From positions 30,692,001-30,756,000 of the forward strand of contig CM119372.1 in assembly GCA_051294905.1 (NCBI GenBank): 64,000 nt of DNA, written 5' to 3'. Numbering within the stretch: the stretch's first letter is position 1; every line of letters begins with the position of its first letter. The position numbers were made by a program, and so were the translations under genes. Positions 12,502 through 24,624 of the stretch are shown in pieces. The notes beneath the pieces were generated by a model. The model ran no database searches. It saw only the letters and a program-made list of their open reading frames with translations, and was not told the origin of the DNA. This stretch comes from Botryllus schlosseri. Taxonomy: Eukaryota.

Positions 12502-12912
12502 CCCTGTTGCGAAAGCGTGCAAGATGCTACGATGCCGGATGAGGGTCAATAGCATCACGTGATGTACCGTCACCATCGTCGTTGCGATATCAGCCATCGC
12601 CGCCAGACCGCACATGAAAGCGGGTAGTTCGTACTGTGTCCAGCGAATGAGTTGATAGACGACTAAAGGGCTGATACAGGCTGATACTAAGTCAGATAAA
12701 CTCAGTCCGAATAAAATAGTAACAAATACCGTCTGCTCCATTCTCAGCAAAATGATTATCATCGCGGTGTTCGTAAATATTCCAACGGCAGTCAATATTC
12801 CAAACGCGATTACCATAGCCATTTCTCCGATTACACCATGATTCGGTTTGATGATCTCCGAATTATTGGACTCCAACAACTGTATCATCTCATCTATATT
12901 TCGAACAGACAT
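12502..12912 (-). CDS. Orphan class A GPCR, 5' part (N-terminus, TM1-TM3); predicted exon 1 of split gene
   Basis: ATG at 12912; N-glycosylation sequon NNS; TM1 GIFTN; TM2 LSLSDL; TM3 Cys...VTVHHVMLLTLIRHRSI, matching paralog VTAHHVFLLSLIRLRSI. The exon boundary is inferred. Confidence 0.8.
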
Positions 12913-13592
12913 TCCTGATTCTCTTATTCGTCTTTAACAGTGGTTAAATAAATGCCCCTTAATAAACTTTTCCGTCAACTCCAAACTTTTTGCGTCTATA
13001 CCAGTCAAACAACTACGTATTGGTAAACCTTTCAGCCGACTTCAAGCGACAAACTTTGCTCGGCAATAGTCCCCCTCACCGTTTCAGCGGCTGGTATGAA
13101 GCAATTTCCCATTTGGATGACAAGAGCGTAATTGGATTGTTGCGTTTTAATAGATGCGCTTGGCCGTAAGACAAAATGTGTGGTCGGGCAAGGGTATCGA
13201 TTGATTGCAGGACGATCCTTTGCAACTATGACAATTGCAGCCTACATCTGGTCATTATCTGTAGCCGGAATGCCGAATTACTGATTTCTCCGGGAGATCT
13301 CCAGTCATGGACGGTACCAGATAATGGTAGGTGTTGGCTCCTGCCTGTTTAAAATTGCGTGTTTTGTTTTTCTACCTCCATGGTGCTCTATACTGTTTGC
13401 ATATCAATTTTCGAGGTGAACTCGCTGCAATATATAGGTAGCAATCAAATTCGATCGTAGTTCTCTTTTAGTTTGGTGTGATACATCTGAACTGTGTAAG
13501 ATTGGTCGGTCGGAGTTATTCAATGGGGTGATTGGTAGCCTACTATTGAAAAAAAGTAGAAAAGAGGCTCTCAATTCATTATAAAATGCAAG

Positions 13593-14145
13593 TAGGGTTG
13601 CATTAACACAAAAATCAATTTAAAACAAACATGTTTAAATTATGACCCTTGTTTAAAACATTTTTTATTTATTTTTAACCATGGCGTCACGAATCATTAA
13701 TAGTGACGTCACAGTGGATTGGCATTGACAATTAAAAATATAGGATAAATATGGCTCCTTCGTCGAAAAAGGCTTCCGGCCACTGTCATAAACGAACCAA
13801 AAATGTCTTTAACCGGGACTACATCGTTATGCAACATTTTCTCGGTATGCGGTCATCATCATCAGAATACTAACTCTGTGCCAATGATCTATATCTACTT
13901 GCAATAGCTGTTGAACCGACGGCGATTTCGAAGGTTCCATCCACCCCATATCGTATCTACGGCTACTTTATTGAGTGCAAATCGTCCGCAGGCTCATAGT
14001 GCATGTTTTTCAAAAGTATTCACACAATTATGACATAATTAACCTATGAAAAATAGAACAATTTTGTTTTTTTCGAGGCATTTTCTTAAATCACTGTTTT
14101 AAACAAAGCGTTTTAAAACATTATTTATTTGAAATGCAACCCTTA
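13593..14145. mobile_element. hAT-type MITE (TAGGGTTGCA family)
   Basis: TIR TAGGGTTGCATT...AATGCAACCCTTA; second colinear copy at 31623-31996. Confidence 0.75.
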
Positions 14146-14749
14146 GTGCAAGGTCCAATGGATATGACTGTGAATGAATTCAAGTAGACGACAACTAGAT
14201 CAGTGCTCTTCAACCTTTTCTGGTTAGGTGAATACTTCAAGTTGTAACTCATGCACCTCTACTCATGATATACTTTTTATTAGTTTATTCAACTGGAAAT
14301 TTTCTTCACGCTTCGCGAGATTTAGTGTCAATGGATTTTTTGATATTAATTTGGGTTTGTACCACATTTCCATAAACTGAAAAATACGAAAAAAAATAAT
14401 ATTGAAAATATTCATAATTCACGGAAATGAGTCTAATTGTATTCACAATTATGAGAAAACGGTATATTCCTGCTGGTATCGCTTTGAGGCCGTTTGAGAC
14501 CGTTGGGGAGGTTTAGTGTATGTGCAAATTGTGCATGTGCGACCTCCTGGCGAGAGGCTCCTATTCGGCGCCTGCCATTTCCATATGAAATATCCGCCAA
14601 CATGCGATTCCGCGAAGTGCATTATCAAAACGACAGCCGCATGTTGGCCGAAACATTCGATACTGATATGTTATAGAACTGCAGCCGAAAATAATGCGCC
14701 ACATGACATACGGTACTAACTGGGAATCTCGTGCGTCTCTGGAAAGAAG

Positions 14750-15655
14750 GCTTTTAGTTTGGTCTGGTACACAACAAGCAGGAAACCGAATGTCGGACTG
14801 GAAACAGATATGGCTATACCAACCCAATATCAAAGATCACATTGACAACAAGCAACGCGAGATCTCGTATCGCATCAACACTGAGAGCTACTTTACAGGC
14901 TCCAGAAAAACCAACGCGGGATGGATACGAAGAAAAGACGCCTACTTGAAAAACAAATGCAAATTCTGCCAACATGCAGAAGATACTATGCGCCATACCT
15001 TCGCCAAATGTGCAACTTACAAAAAACTGTTCTCTCTTGTAATACAGGATCTCGAGAACGACCTGCAAACGACTATCGACGCTACACCCGACGAGATAAT
15101 GCGCAACGTATACGACGGACCGCAAGCTCCGATCATAATAAAAGCCTTTATGAACGTGAAAACCCTTGTGTGGGAATGGAAAAATGCACTCGACATCCAA
15201 AATGAATACGCCCAAAATATTGACCAACGCACCAATGATATAAGAAGTAAAATATACCGAAAAATTTAAGTGAGCCCAATGAACGCACCGATAAAACGAG
15301 ATAAATTGTATCGTATTTATAGACCCACAAAACCCGACCAATCCACCCACAACATATCCCAACCACTCTAACCTCCCATCCAATCCCACTCTACCCCACC
15401 CCCTAAACCCTTCCCCAGCCCATCTAACCCCCCCTCCCACCTCCCAAACCCCACCACCACTCCGCACCGAATACCCAGCACCCAACCCAATCCACAAACG
15501 CAAACGAGCGCCAGATACCGGCGGCTCCTACTACGAACACGACTACAAATTTACAGCGACTACAGCGAGATGAGATGAACCGAGCGGCTACGACCTCGAC
15601 TACAAATCCAAATTCGGCGACGGCTGAGACGAGATGACCCGATGAAAGGGAAAGA
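14750..15655 (+). mobile_element. L1/Tx1-like non-LTR retrotransposon 3' fragment (ORF2 C-terminal zinc knuckle and 3' UTR)
   Basis: Open frame to the stop at 15269 containing CKFCQHAEDTMRHTFAKC (C-x2-C...E...H...C motif of L1-clade ORF2), followed by a C-rich tract and an imperfect ~60-bp duplication. Confidence 0.75.
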
Positions 15656-15906
15656 TTTTTTTTATGAAATTATTGATATTTTATGTACATACTTGCATAA
15701 AAATCACTCAAAGGTACGTGTGACGACAATCATTCGAAGAGGTCTAGAGGTCACGAATTAACAACATCCTTTAACGAAGAAATTATGTACATGCGCCTGC
15801 TCGCAGTAAACACGCAAGAAACTAATGAATAGTCTTCTCCGTGTGGCATGAACAATTCATGCCCAACTTTATAGCCGACGATTTCAATTCTACATGTAGT
15901 TACAAC

Positions 15907-16090
15907 CAATGTTCCCTCTAAGCTGCGCATGTGCGCAAATGCGCAGTGCTGACACGGTCTCTGCGCATAGAAAATCTAAGTTGCGCACAAAAAATCCGAA
16001 GTGATGACCTTTCTTTAGTCGTTACGCACTGTTGTCGAAGGGTCTGTTGGTGAAAGTGCGCAGACTCGTCGAAAATTAGAGGGAACATTG
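15907..16090. mobile_element. Short hAT-type MITE
   Basis: TIR CAATGTTCCCTCTAA...TTAGAGGGAACATTG; exact TSD GTTACAAC (15899-15906, 16091-16098); TGCGCA repeats. Confidence 0.92.
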
Positions 16091-17136
16091 GTTACAACCC
16101 ATGCCAACATGGTGTATGAGAGGATGGCTGACGGCAGATTAAAATGTTGAGTGAAGAATTGCGAAATATAGCGACTCGTACCTGTTTCACTATATTATCC
16201 GCATCACAGTATTCTGTGAACACATATCAACGTAACACAATATCGGGAGTTCGGTCTATACCGGCAGGGCTACAGGCGAGACACCTTACAGGAGTGGCTT
16301 TCAACTTCTTGACCTTGCGGTAAATTATTATCAAAGGGAATGTGCCGAAAAAGCTTTTAAGTTTAACGCAATCGCATTCTTTAATTGCGGTGTAACACTT
16401 TCATCGGGAGAAAAGCTGCTATTCCAAAAGCTATCTTGGCATAACTTTAAAACAGTCTTCAATATCCTGGCGAGTAATTTGTAAATTTACCGCTATACGT
16501 GCTTTCTTTACTACAACTAAATCTGCAGAATGTAACTGCTAATAAAACAGGGCATAATATGGTATGGTAAGGAGCGGGACATTTCTATGCTCAATACCCG
16601 CCTCACTACTTCCATACCTACAGCATTATCACCGAGCTTCTAGCTGTAAGACTGACTACTGCAACAGTAGAGGGACTTGGTGGCATTCCTGTAGTAACAA
16701 AGTAGCTGACCGATATATATTAGGTTAGCTTTGCCGGCTACATAACCTGGAAGTCCTGTACTGAGGTTTGCGAGTTCTTCAATCCACAGATGTTTACCCA
16801 AACACGAAATATATTTGGAGAGAATAAGACGTTGTTAAGGTAGCGGTTATAAATGAGTCTGCGAGTATTTCTCAGTTCTCACGTTAAGTACTCGACAAAC
16901 GTTAGAATGACGTCATGGCATGCATTGCGTGAACGATAGCTGGGCAATAATATGGAAGTGTGTTGTACGTTGTTGAGGTATATATCGAAATAATAATCCT
17001 AAGTCCAATTCAAGGTGACACAGTCCCTGCATTATCTCCTCAACGGAAAAGGAATTTCATTTAGTTAAAATGAAAGGGAAAGGTGTAGGTTAATGAGAAT
17101 TGGTATATTAGTTAACAACAACGATTACAACGTTAA

Positions 17137-17641
17137 AGGGGCACTGCGCTCTAAAAATGATGTGGTCTCAAATTGAAGGTAAAAACGAACAAAATTTTTG
17201 GACGTGGCCATTTCCTTCAGAAAGCCACCGTAATGGAGCTGCAATTTATTGAAATTTCTACAAGACCAGCTGCCGCGCCTGCATAACCCGTTACATGGCA
17301 CGATATCTTCACCGCCGCACTTGCTCGACGCGATTAGGCAGTCACGCAGAGAACGAATTTTAGATAGTTGTCAGCCGATGTTATGAAGGAAATGTGTCTA
17401 AGTTTCGTTCTCTGCGTGACTGCCTTATCAGTTATCACGTCGAGCAAGTGCGACGATGAAGACATCGTGCCATGTAACGCGTTAAGCAGCCGCGGCAGCT
17501 GGTCTTGTAGAAATTTCAATAATTTCAATAAATTGCAGCTCCATTACGGTGGCGTTCTGAAGGAAATGGCTGCGGCCAAAAATTTTTGTTCGTTTTTACC
17601 GTCAATTTGAGACCACATCATTTTTAAAGCGCAGTGCCCCT
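17137..17641. mobile_element. Foldback MITE with TTAA TSD (Kolobok-like)
   Basis: TTAA|AGGGGCACTGCGCT...AGCGCAGTGCCCCT|TTAA; ~230-bp inverted arms. Purine-purine 5' termini plus TTAA fit Kolobok better than piggyBac. Confidence 0.85.
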
Positions 17642-18110
17642 TTAATATATGTATGAATTCAAGGATCGAGGACGAACATCAGAGAATCATTATTGGTTGT
17701 GCAAGGGCAAGTTTTCATGGGTTATATAATCCAAAATTAGCCTAAAATAGAAGAAAATACACACGAGTTAAGCCTAAACACAAAATTAACTTGATAATGA
17801 AAACAAATTCACCCAGGCTGTGTCACAAAAGAGTTAGTCGATCAAAGATCGCGGGTGTGCAACGTGGGGGCTGTACAACTTGAGAGTCAAGGTCACCAAA
17901 TGTATACAAGTGTGACCAGTTGCAGATGTTACAATACCTCGGTCGGTAATTGCAACGCGAAACGGGGAGGGGGGTACTATTCATTCGCATTCGGGCATGT
18001 TAATCCGTGGGCGTTTTCAGGGTGTGTCACAGTCGGGTGGAGGAATTGTGCAATCTTGATTTGGAAAGCAGGGCTGTGGATTTGCTACGCGCGTCGTTTA
18101 TCAGCTGGTC

Positions 18111-19643
18111 CAGTGTTGCCAATTTAGCGATTTTGTCGCTAGATCTAGCGATTTTTCGTTCGGTTTAGCGACAAAAAATACCGATCTAGCGACTAGCGAT
18201 AAATCTAGCGACTTTTGAAAAATATTTAGCGATATTCTAGCGATTTTTTTTCAAAAATGTCTGATATGAATCAGTTTTGAGCAGCCAACATCATGCACGT
18301 TCACCATATCCTATGAGCGCCACAGCGTCATAACGCATTGCCGAGTTGCATTTAGGTTGCGTGCATGGACTTGGACATGAACGTCGATCTCTACTTACTT
18401 TCTTGGTTACGGGAGCAAAACGGTCATAACTTTTTCAGCCATGAAAATCGTTAAATTCTCCAAGATTGACCGAGATCGCCAACTGACCCCCAATACGACC
18501 AATCGCAATCATGCTCGCCCAATGAAATTTGCTATATGGTAGAAGGTCCGATATGTGAATTAATTCTGTACGTTCACGCCGGACGAATATTTAGGATTTC
18601 GCACCCTCCAAAACGGAAACCGCGAGTTACAAGATAACTGAGAAAACTATTATGCATCGGACTTTTGACACATACGCGAGCTGCAGCAATCCTATAACAC
18701 TATTTGTACCAATACCGGGATTGCGTTTAAATCGCCTTCCCCCGAATTGCTCGAATACAGAGTTTTATATCTGACTCACGTCAAATGAATGAAAAAATGA
18801 ACGATAACGTCGCGTAGGTCTAATTTTGATACTAACACATGATGTAACAACGCTTTAATACTGAAATAACCAAAAAATGAAATCACGAATTCCTATGCGT
18901 GCTGCCGCATAACAGAAAGACTCTTAAATAGACTTTTGACAATAACTTTCTTCGTTGAACCGAGCTTCATTCAGAATTAACACGCTACTTTTGCAGACAA
19001 ATGTCAAACGTAATAATTTATATACCATTGATCAGATGGGTGGTCAGGGGAATAGAAATATAATTGGATCGTCCCCCGCTACAAGTAGTGATATATACTT
19101 AGCGGATTGGCCTCCTATTCTTTTGAAAAATGCACGTTGCTACTAATAGTGGCCAGCAGACCCTGTCGTGTCATGTCTTGTTCAAGTACCCCCATCCAGT
19201 CAGGAATATCTGGATGTCCTTGGTTGAAATATATACCGCATAATTCGTCCCGTTCTGAGAGGACTGACAATCTGACATGACTATTGCGTATTATGAACTC
19301 GAAATAGAATAGGGTTGCCACATATGTCCTCTTTCAGAAGGATTTGTCCTCCTTTTTCAGGAAATCGAAAATGTCTTCCGAGAACACCTGAATGTCCGCC
19401 TCATGTTAATTCGTCATTCTTCATAGCTTTGACAACCAGGCTAATTGACAGGTACAACTAAAAATGCCATAAATGAAGCGAAATGTGCAATATGCGAGTG
19501 TACGGGTGGGTCTTTCAACAACTTTAGGAATTAATTAGGATTTAGCGACTTTTTCTAGCGATTTATTTTCAACATTTAGCGACATCTAGCGACTTTAGAC
19601 ACCAGTTTTAGCGATTTTGGTCCATCTGGAGTAGGCAACACTG
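18111..19643. mobile_element. hAT-type non-autonomous element with TAGCGA repeats
   Basis: TIR CAGTGTTGCC...GGCAACACTG; exact TSD AGCTGGTC (18103-18110, 19644-19651). Confidence 0.92.
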
Positions 19644-20028
19644 AGCTGGTCACAACACGTGTCAGTGGAGATGCCGTTTACTCCGTCGATGCGATAATGG
19701 CGCGTTACGTCTGTAGACGGGGCTTTTCGCGGCGGATTTTCGGCTGTACGCGGAATAGAAACATCAGGCGACGGAGATTGAAGCAGTCAGTCGTGGGCAT
19801 CTGTCGATTTAGCGCGAGGTCCCACAGTACAACGAAGATCCTCCACGTGGTCACCCGAATTGTTGCCCAACGTAACGAATGCGTTTCGATGTTCCGCGAA
19901 TGTCGAGTAGTAGATCGGTGTCGCCGTGGGTGTGTACTGTGTACACTTGGACGAACGCGTTGTTGCCATGTCTGAAATAGCTCACGACAGTGTCATGCGT
20001 AAAAGGACATATTAACTAAGCCTAGCAC

Positions 20029-20170
20029 CAGGGCTTTGGAGCAGCCGTAAATTTAAACTGCTCCAGCTCCGGCTCCGGAGCTTTCATCTATCATGCACTA
20101 GCTCCGGCTCCAGCCCCGGAGCCGCATTATTACCACTGCTCCGGCTCCAGCTCCGGCTCCGGCTCTGAAA
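20029..20170. mobile_element. One end of a hAT-type MITE with GCTCC(G/A) repeats
   Basis: CAGGGCTTTGGAGC terminus followed by a GCTCCGGCTCCA array; partner end not found. Confidence 0.5.
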
Positions 20171-20586
20171 TTATCGATTGGGCCTGTCTATATTAGGGGT
20201 TGCCAACCCGCGGGCCAAATATGGCCCGCGAGAGGGTTTTGCGTCGCCCGCGAGGTAATTTCCTATTATGTTATCGAAAATGAATTGCTCAGATTGTGAA
20301 CTTGCAATGCCAACAAAAAATTACAATTCTGGCTGCGACACTTGGGATGTTCATGACTAAGATATCAATTCCGACGCATTGGCAGATCCAGGGTCCAGTC
20401 TCATTTTCAGTAAATCGTCGTACATTACAATAAACTAAAATAGTAGCTAAATTTTTCTTCACACTTCGCGTGTTTAATTGTCACACGATTTCTTGCTTGG
20501 TAGCCTACCATGCGTTCCTTTCCCAATTTCTTTGTGTCAGGTGTCAGTGATGTAGTTTGCCCAAGTATCGCAGACAGAACGTAAAC

Positions 20587-21550
20587 CAGTGGTTCCTAAC
20601 CTTTTTTCCTGCAGCGCCCCCTTTCGAAAATTGCCTGGGTCTGGCGCCCGTCCCCCATATTAAGGACGATAGAAAAAACTAAGGGTAAGAGAAGAGTTCG
20701 AAGTCCGGTCGGTATCTTCGGGTTGGGAGTTCACCATTGGAAATAGCTTAAATCGCGCCCGAGCACCCTTCGACTAATTAACGCTATGATAATTGTATGT
20801 GCTATATTCGGGATCAAATCAAGGTTACCATAACAACTATCGGGTATGGGCTCATACCAACTGGTTGATTAACTTAAACATTAATGTATTCCAAACAGAG
20901 CAACCCATATTATATTAACGTTCCGTTCATGTAAGGTTGCGGGTCACAAGACTAAACAGTATCACCTTTTTGATACGATGAAGAAATATTCTGAAGATTT
21001 AATTTTGTAGCTCTCAAATACAAACATATTTAGTTAATCATTTTGACCAAAAAGCTTCTCAAAGCATCTTTAATGTACAAAGAGCTCCCCCTCTCGCTCT
21101 TGAAAGTGGTTCAGGGCATCTTTATTCGATTTCAAACGCTGTTCGCTGCGGGATAAAATACCTAGTTCGAAACATTTTGTAGAAAATAACTCGAGGTGGC
21201 GTGATGGTGATATTTTAACGGGGAATTGGCGATCTAAAAGTACGCGTAATTCATTTTATATGAATTATAATAAACCACTGCATACATGAAAAGATGTTGC
21301 AAACATAGCCGGCATATCTTTCGCGCGCAGAGCGACGAAAAATTTCAAGATTTGACAGATTTTGTCGAATATTAATTTGCAATGAGAACCAAGAGATATA
21401 TAGAACTGTTGTTCTACTATGTCCGTACTGCACCCTCTACTGCGACGCCCTTTTTCTTCAGAGCCCCCATATCGCCCCTGAGCGTTTCCGCCCGCTTAAA
21501 AATCAGAAACGTCCCTTGGAGGGCGCTAGCGACAAGGTTAAGAAACACTG
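20587..21550. mobile_element. hAT-type MITE
   Basis: TIR CAGTGGTTCCTAACCTT...AAGGTTAAGAAACACTG; exact TSD ACGTAAAC (20579-20586, 21551-21558). Confidence 0.9.
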
Positions 21551-22039
21551 ACGTAAACTATACCCTACATCAGTGGTTCTCAACCGCCTGTCCGCGGACC
21601 GGTGCCGGACCTTCCTGCCGCTCCGCCAGGTATATTACAATTTATACCTTAATTTAAAGATGCAATATGTTGAAGGCTTGTCCATTGATAAAATAAATAA
21701 AACATCAAATTTTAAACTGATTCAGAACTTCGTGAAGCAACATTAGGTCTGAAAGCATGTTCGATTTGACTTGAAGTTCCAGCCGTGTCATTTGATGACA
21801 TGCAAGCGGCAAGTACGAGCTGACTCGCTAAACTGCGCAGTTTTCATGATCATTCATTTTCGATTCATTCGTTTCGTGCAGAACCGTAACTGCCGCACCC
21901 CAAATCACCAATTGAAGGGGGCCGAGCTTGAAGGGGGCCCAAAGTTATTTCGTGAATGAACATGAATTATAGAGTGTTTCTTTGAAACTTCATCCAACTT
22001 CAAAAAAAAAAATTCGCGCTTCGCCCGATTTGGAGTCAC

Positions 22040-22435
22040 TAAATGCCTTGATTATTGGATGCCCCTCCACCAAGAAATACGCATGATTTATAGGAATAGG
22101 CATTTCGGCGTCGGCAAATGCAGCGATGCGACGCACCAACACATGATGAAGTTTAGGCGAACATAGAACTCCGAAAAGTGCGCCAAAGATTCGGCAAAGA
22201 GAACACCTTGGCCAAAAAGGACTGCCCTTTTGTTGACCGAAAACTTCGATATATGTGTGTCAAATTGTCCATAGGCACCTAAATGGCTGGCGCCGAATTT
22301 CGCTGTACTGACAATCTGTACCCCACAACACAAATACCATCCCACAGAGAACAGGTATTTTCCAGTGAAGTATTACCAATTTGGAATCGTGCGCGTCTTT
22401 TAGTTAAGTACGCTTGGGCGATTTCAATATCTATG
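22040..22435. repeat. Dispersed repeat, inverted relative of ~34070-34470
   Basis: TTTAGTTAAGTACGCTTGGGCGATTTCAATATC is the reverse complement (with mismatches) of GATATTGAAATCGCCCAACCGTACTAAACTAAA; further shared blocks GCATTTCGGCGT and TGGCTGGCGCCGA. Confidence 0.6.
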
Positions 22436-22899
22436 CAGTAGGGCCTATATATAACAGAGAGTAGTTCACGAAATAATGACATGCACAGAACTAATTATTC
22501 GAACACCCCCGCGGAATAAGTTTAATTATTATTGATTGCGTGCCCTAAATTTTCCAAGACGACACCTCACCCAGCTTTACCGGAAAATCTGATAGTTCTG
22601 AGAGGATAAAAAATTTATAGCAATATATACGCTATTACCAAAATTATTGACCGATTCGGTCATGAATTATAAAAAATTTCCGCGCCTTGCACGATTCGGC
22701 TACATAAACTCTCTGCATACACTGAGTAGAATGGATGTGTTCAAAAGATCCTGTGAAAACATACATCTAACTGTGTGAGGAATACGACCAACGTTTTTTT
22801 TGGGTTGGTTGACGAAGTGCTTTTTCGGCCCTGGTTTTGTGGAGGGCCAAGTATACCTGTGGTCAGGTGTTTTCGTGCGGCGCATTGTATCTGTGGTAG

Positions 22900-23134
22900 C
22901 CAGAGTAGCCTACTGCTGGTGGTAGTTAGCAATGAGCATTGAGCAAGGTAGCACGACAAGGTGCTTGGTTCGACTCCGGAAAACTCCTTCTCTCGATATT
23001 GTCGAAGAGAAGAATATTATTCGAGTTGGCGTGGTCGGTTAAATCCATGGACTGCGGCGCGAAAGACTGTAAAAGACTCTCGGCGGTAGCACCTTTATCT
23101 GGGCAAGGCAATTTTACCTCGACTCAGCAGACTC
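22900..23134 (+). mobile_element. SINE-like repeat (family B), interrupted by a hAT insertion; resumes at 25773-25800
   Basis: B-box-like GGTTCGACTCC at ~22966; homology to 580-805 continues on the far side of the 23135-25764 insertion. Confidence 0.7.
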
Positions 23135-23451
23135 CAGAGTTGGATCAATCACAATAATTTAGTTCAATTACAATTACATTTACAATTACTGTTAAACATG
23201 TAATTGATACGGTAGAGAGGTGTTCTTTGACAACCGCAGCGACGTAATTAGCAACAATCTCAAGCTATTCAGTATTCATGTTTCATTCATGATACGTAGA
23301 ATACCTTTTAATTAAAAAAAAAACTCGAACGTATTCGAACTATTCCTAATTAGTAGTACTGAAAACTAAAAAACACAGAAAATGTTTCAAGAGCTTCTTG
23401 GAGGTACAGAACTTCAATATACAATTGAATAGTATATTCATATTGAAATGA

Positions 23452-23485
23452 ACCTGAATATTTTCGGCTGACACTCGTCAGGGGT
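23452..23485 (-). ncRNA. Minimal type I hammerhead ribozyme-like motif
   Basis: ACCC-CUGACGA-GUGUCAGCC-GAAA-AUAU-UC-AGGU: conserved CUGANGA, GAAA and UH core with a palindromic AUAU loop III; stem II is weak. Confidence 0.65.
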
Positions 23486-24002
23486 AATCGTCAGCAACTA
23501 GTAGAGAATTGGAAAGAACATTGTATATCAACAATCGTATCACAAAATATGACGTCACCAGCATGAAATTTCGAATGAGAGAGTGTTCAATGTACTATTT
23601 TAGGTGGTACACGAACTCCTTTTGTTGACAGAGTTTTGGTTGGTGTATTTTGATAAAAGTCGACTCCAAGGCACACAAATGGAATGGTGAACGGCCCCGC
23701 CCAACGATTCGAAATCGGTCGTCTCGATAATTATTCGCACAAATCGGATTTAACAGATGTTTGCCGATGGCAGAATTAATGGCCTTTGATCGATCAGCAT
23801 CAATCTTAAGCGGATGAGTTAAGGGTGAGCTTTTTACTGAGCGTGATGCACGTGTTCTGATAAATCTGGGGACATGTTGGTTTATGGGTTGCTGCAGACG
23901 TTTTGACGCTTATTTTATGCTGGTGACGTCATATTTTGTGATACGATTGTTGATATACATTATACAATGTTCTTTCCAATTCTCTACCAGTTGCTGACGA
24001 TT

Positions 24003-24036
24003 ACCCCTGACGAGTGTCAGCCGAAATTATTCGGGT
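24003..24036 (+). ncRNA. Minimal type I hammerhead ribozyme-like motif (inverted copy)
   Basis: ACCC-CUGACGA(24007-13)-GUGUCAGCC-GAAA(24023-26)-UUAU-UC-GGGU; stem I ACCC/GGGU closes the core. Confidence 0.65.
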
Positions 24037-24624
24037 TCATTTCAATATGAATATACTATTCAATTTGAAAATGTTTCAAGCGACTGTTAACAGCCAATAG
24101 TTTGAGCGACTAACAGCGAATAGGCTACAGGACAGTCAATGAAATGTAATTAAACGATTAGGCTACTCAGAGCTGAGTGAGGATAATTAAATGTAATTGG
24201 TAAGGCGTCAGCGATAAGGATGATACCGATAAGATGTATAAAATTAAAATAAATGCAAAAGGAAAGAACCTCCTGATAACTACGAATTACAACATTTTGG
24301 TTCGCATTTACATTTTCACTTGCTCGGAAACTGTTGGATTGCATTTGATGAACATTATAGGGTGCGAAAATTTCAGACCCCAGTAAATTTGGCCAAGATT
24401 GGAGGTAAGATTGGGATAACATCTCAACAAATGCGTGATCAAGTTTGATGAAGCCTTAATTGGAAAGTTGAATTTATTTTTGCAATTGTTGCAGCAAGCC
24501 TCGGTTCTGGTCAGAGATTTAAAAACAAAACTCTGACCGTGGTGTAGGAAATGGTTCACCACAGGATTCAGAAGAATTTATTAGCTGTTCATTCATTTTT
24601 GATATAGTAAGATTTAGTTTAGCC

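Larger units (their letters stand above)
7534..12509. mobile_element. Non-autonomous DNA transposon (hAT- or P-like) with long repeat-rich TIRs, inserted in GPCR coding sequence
   Basis: Exact 8-bp TSD CGAAAGCG at 7526-7533 and 12510-12517. Inverted arms ~7534-7843 and ~12296-12509 (CAGGG(G)TTAAACCCGCT(C)AGACGCCA...) with ~54-bp subterminal tandem units. Removing the element plus one TSD restores a gapless alignment to the paralog. Confidence 0.92.
23423..24065 (-). mobile_element. Penelope-like retroelement 3' fragment with inverted pseudo-LTRs
   Basis: Start-less open frame 23595-23903 (-): KRLQQPINQHVPRFIR...SAIGKHLLNPICANNYRDDRFRIVGRGRSPFHLCALESTFIKIHQPKLCQQKEF, typical of the C-terminal half of the PLE GIY-YIG endonuclease. 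Flanked by ~147-bp inverted arms 23423-23569 and 23912-24065. Confidence 0.85.

Noticed and set aside
14814..15503. 229-aa Gly/Trp-rich minus-strand ORF
   Set aside because: Antisense shadow of the LINE ORF2 fragment and the C-rich tract.
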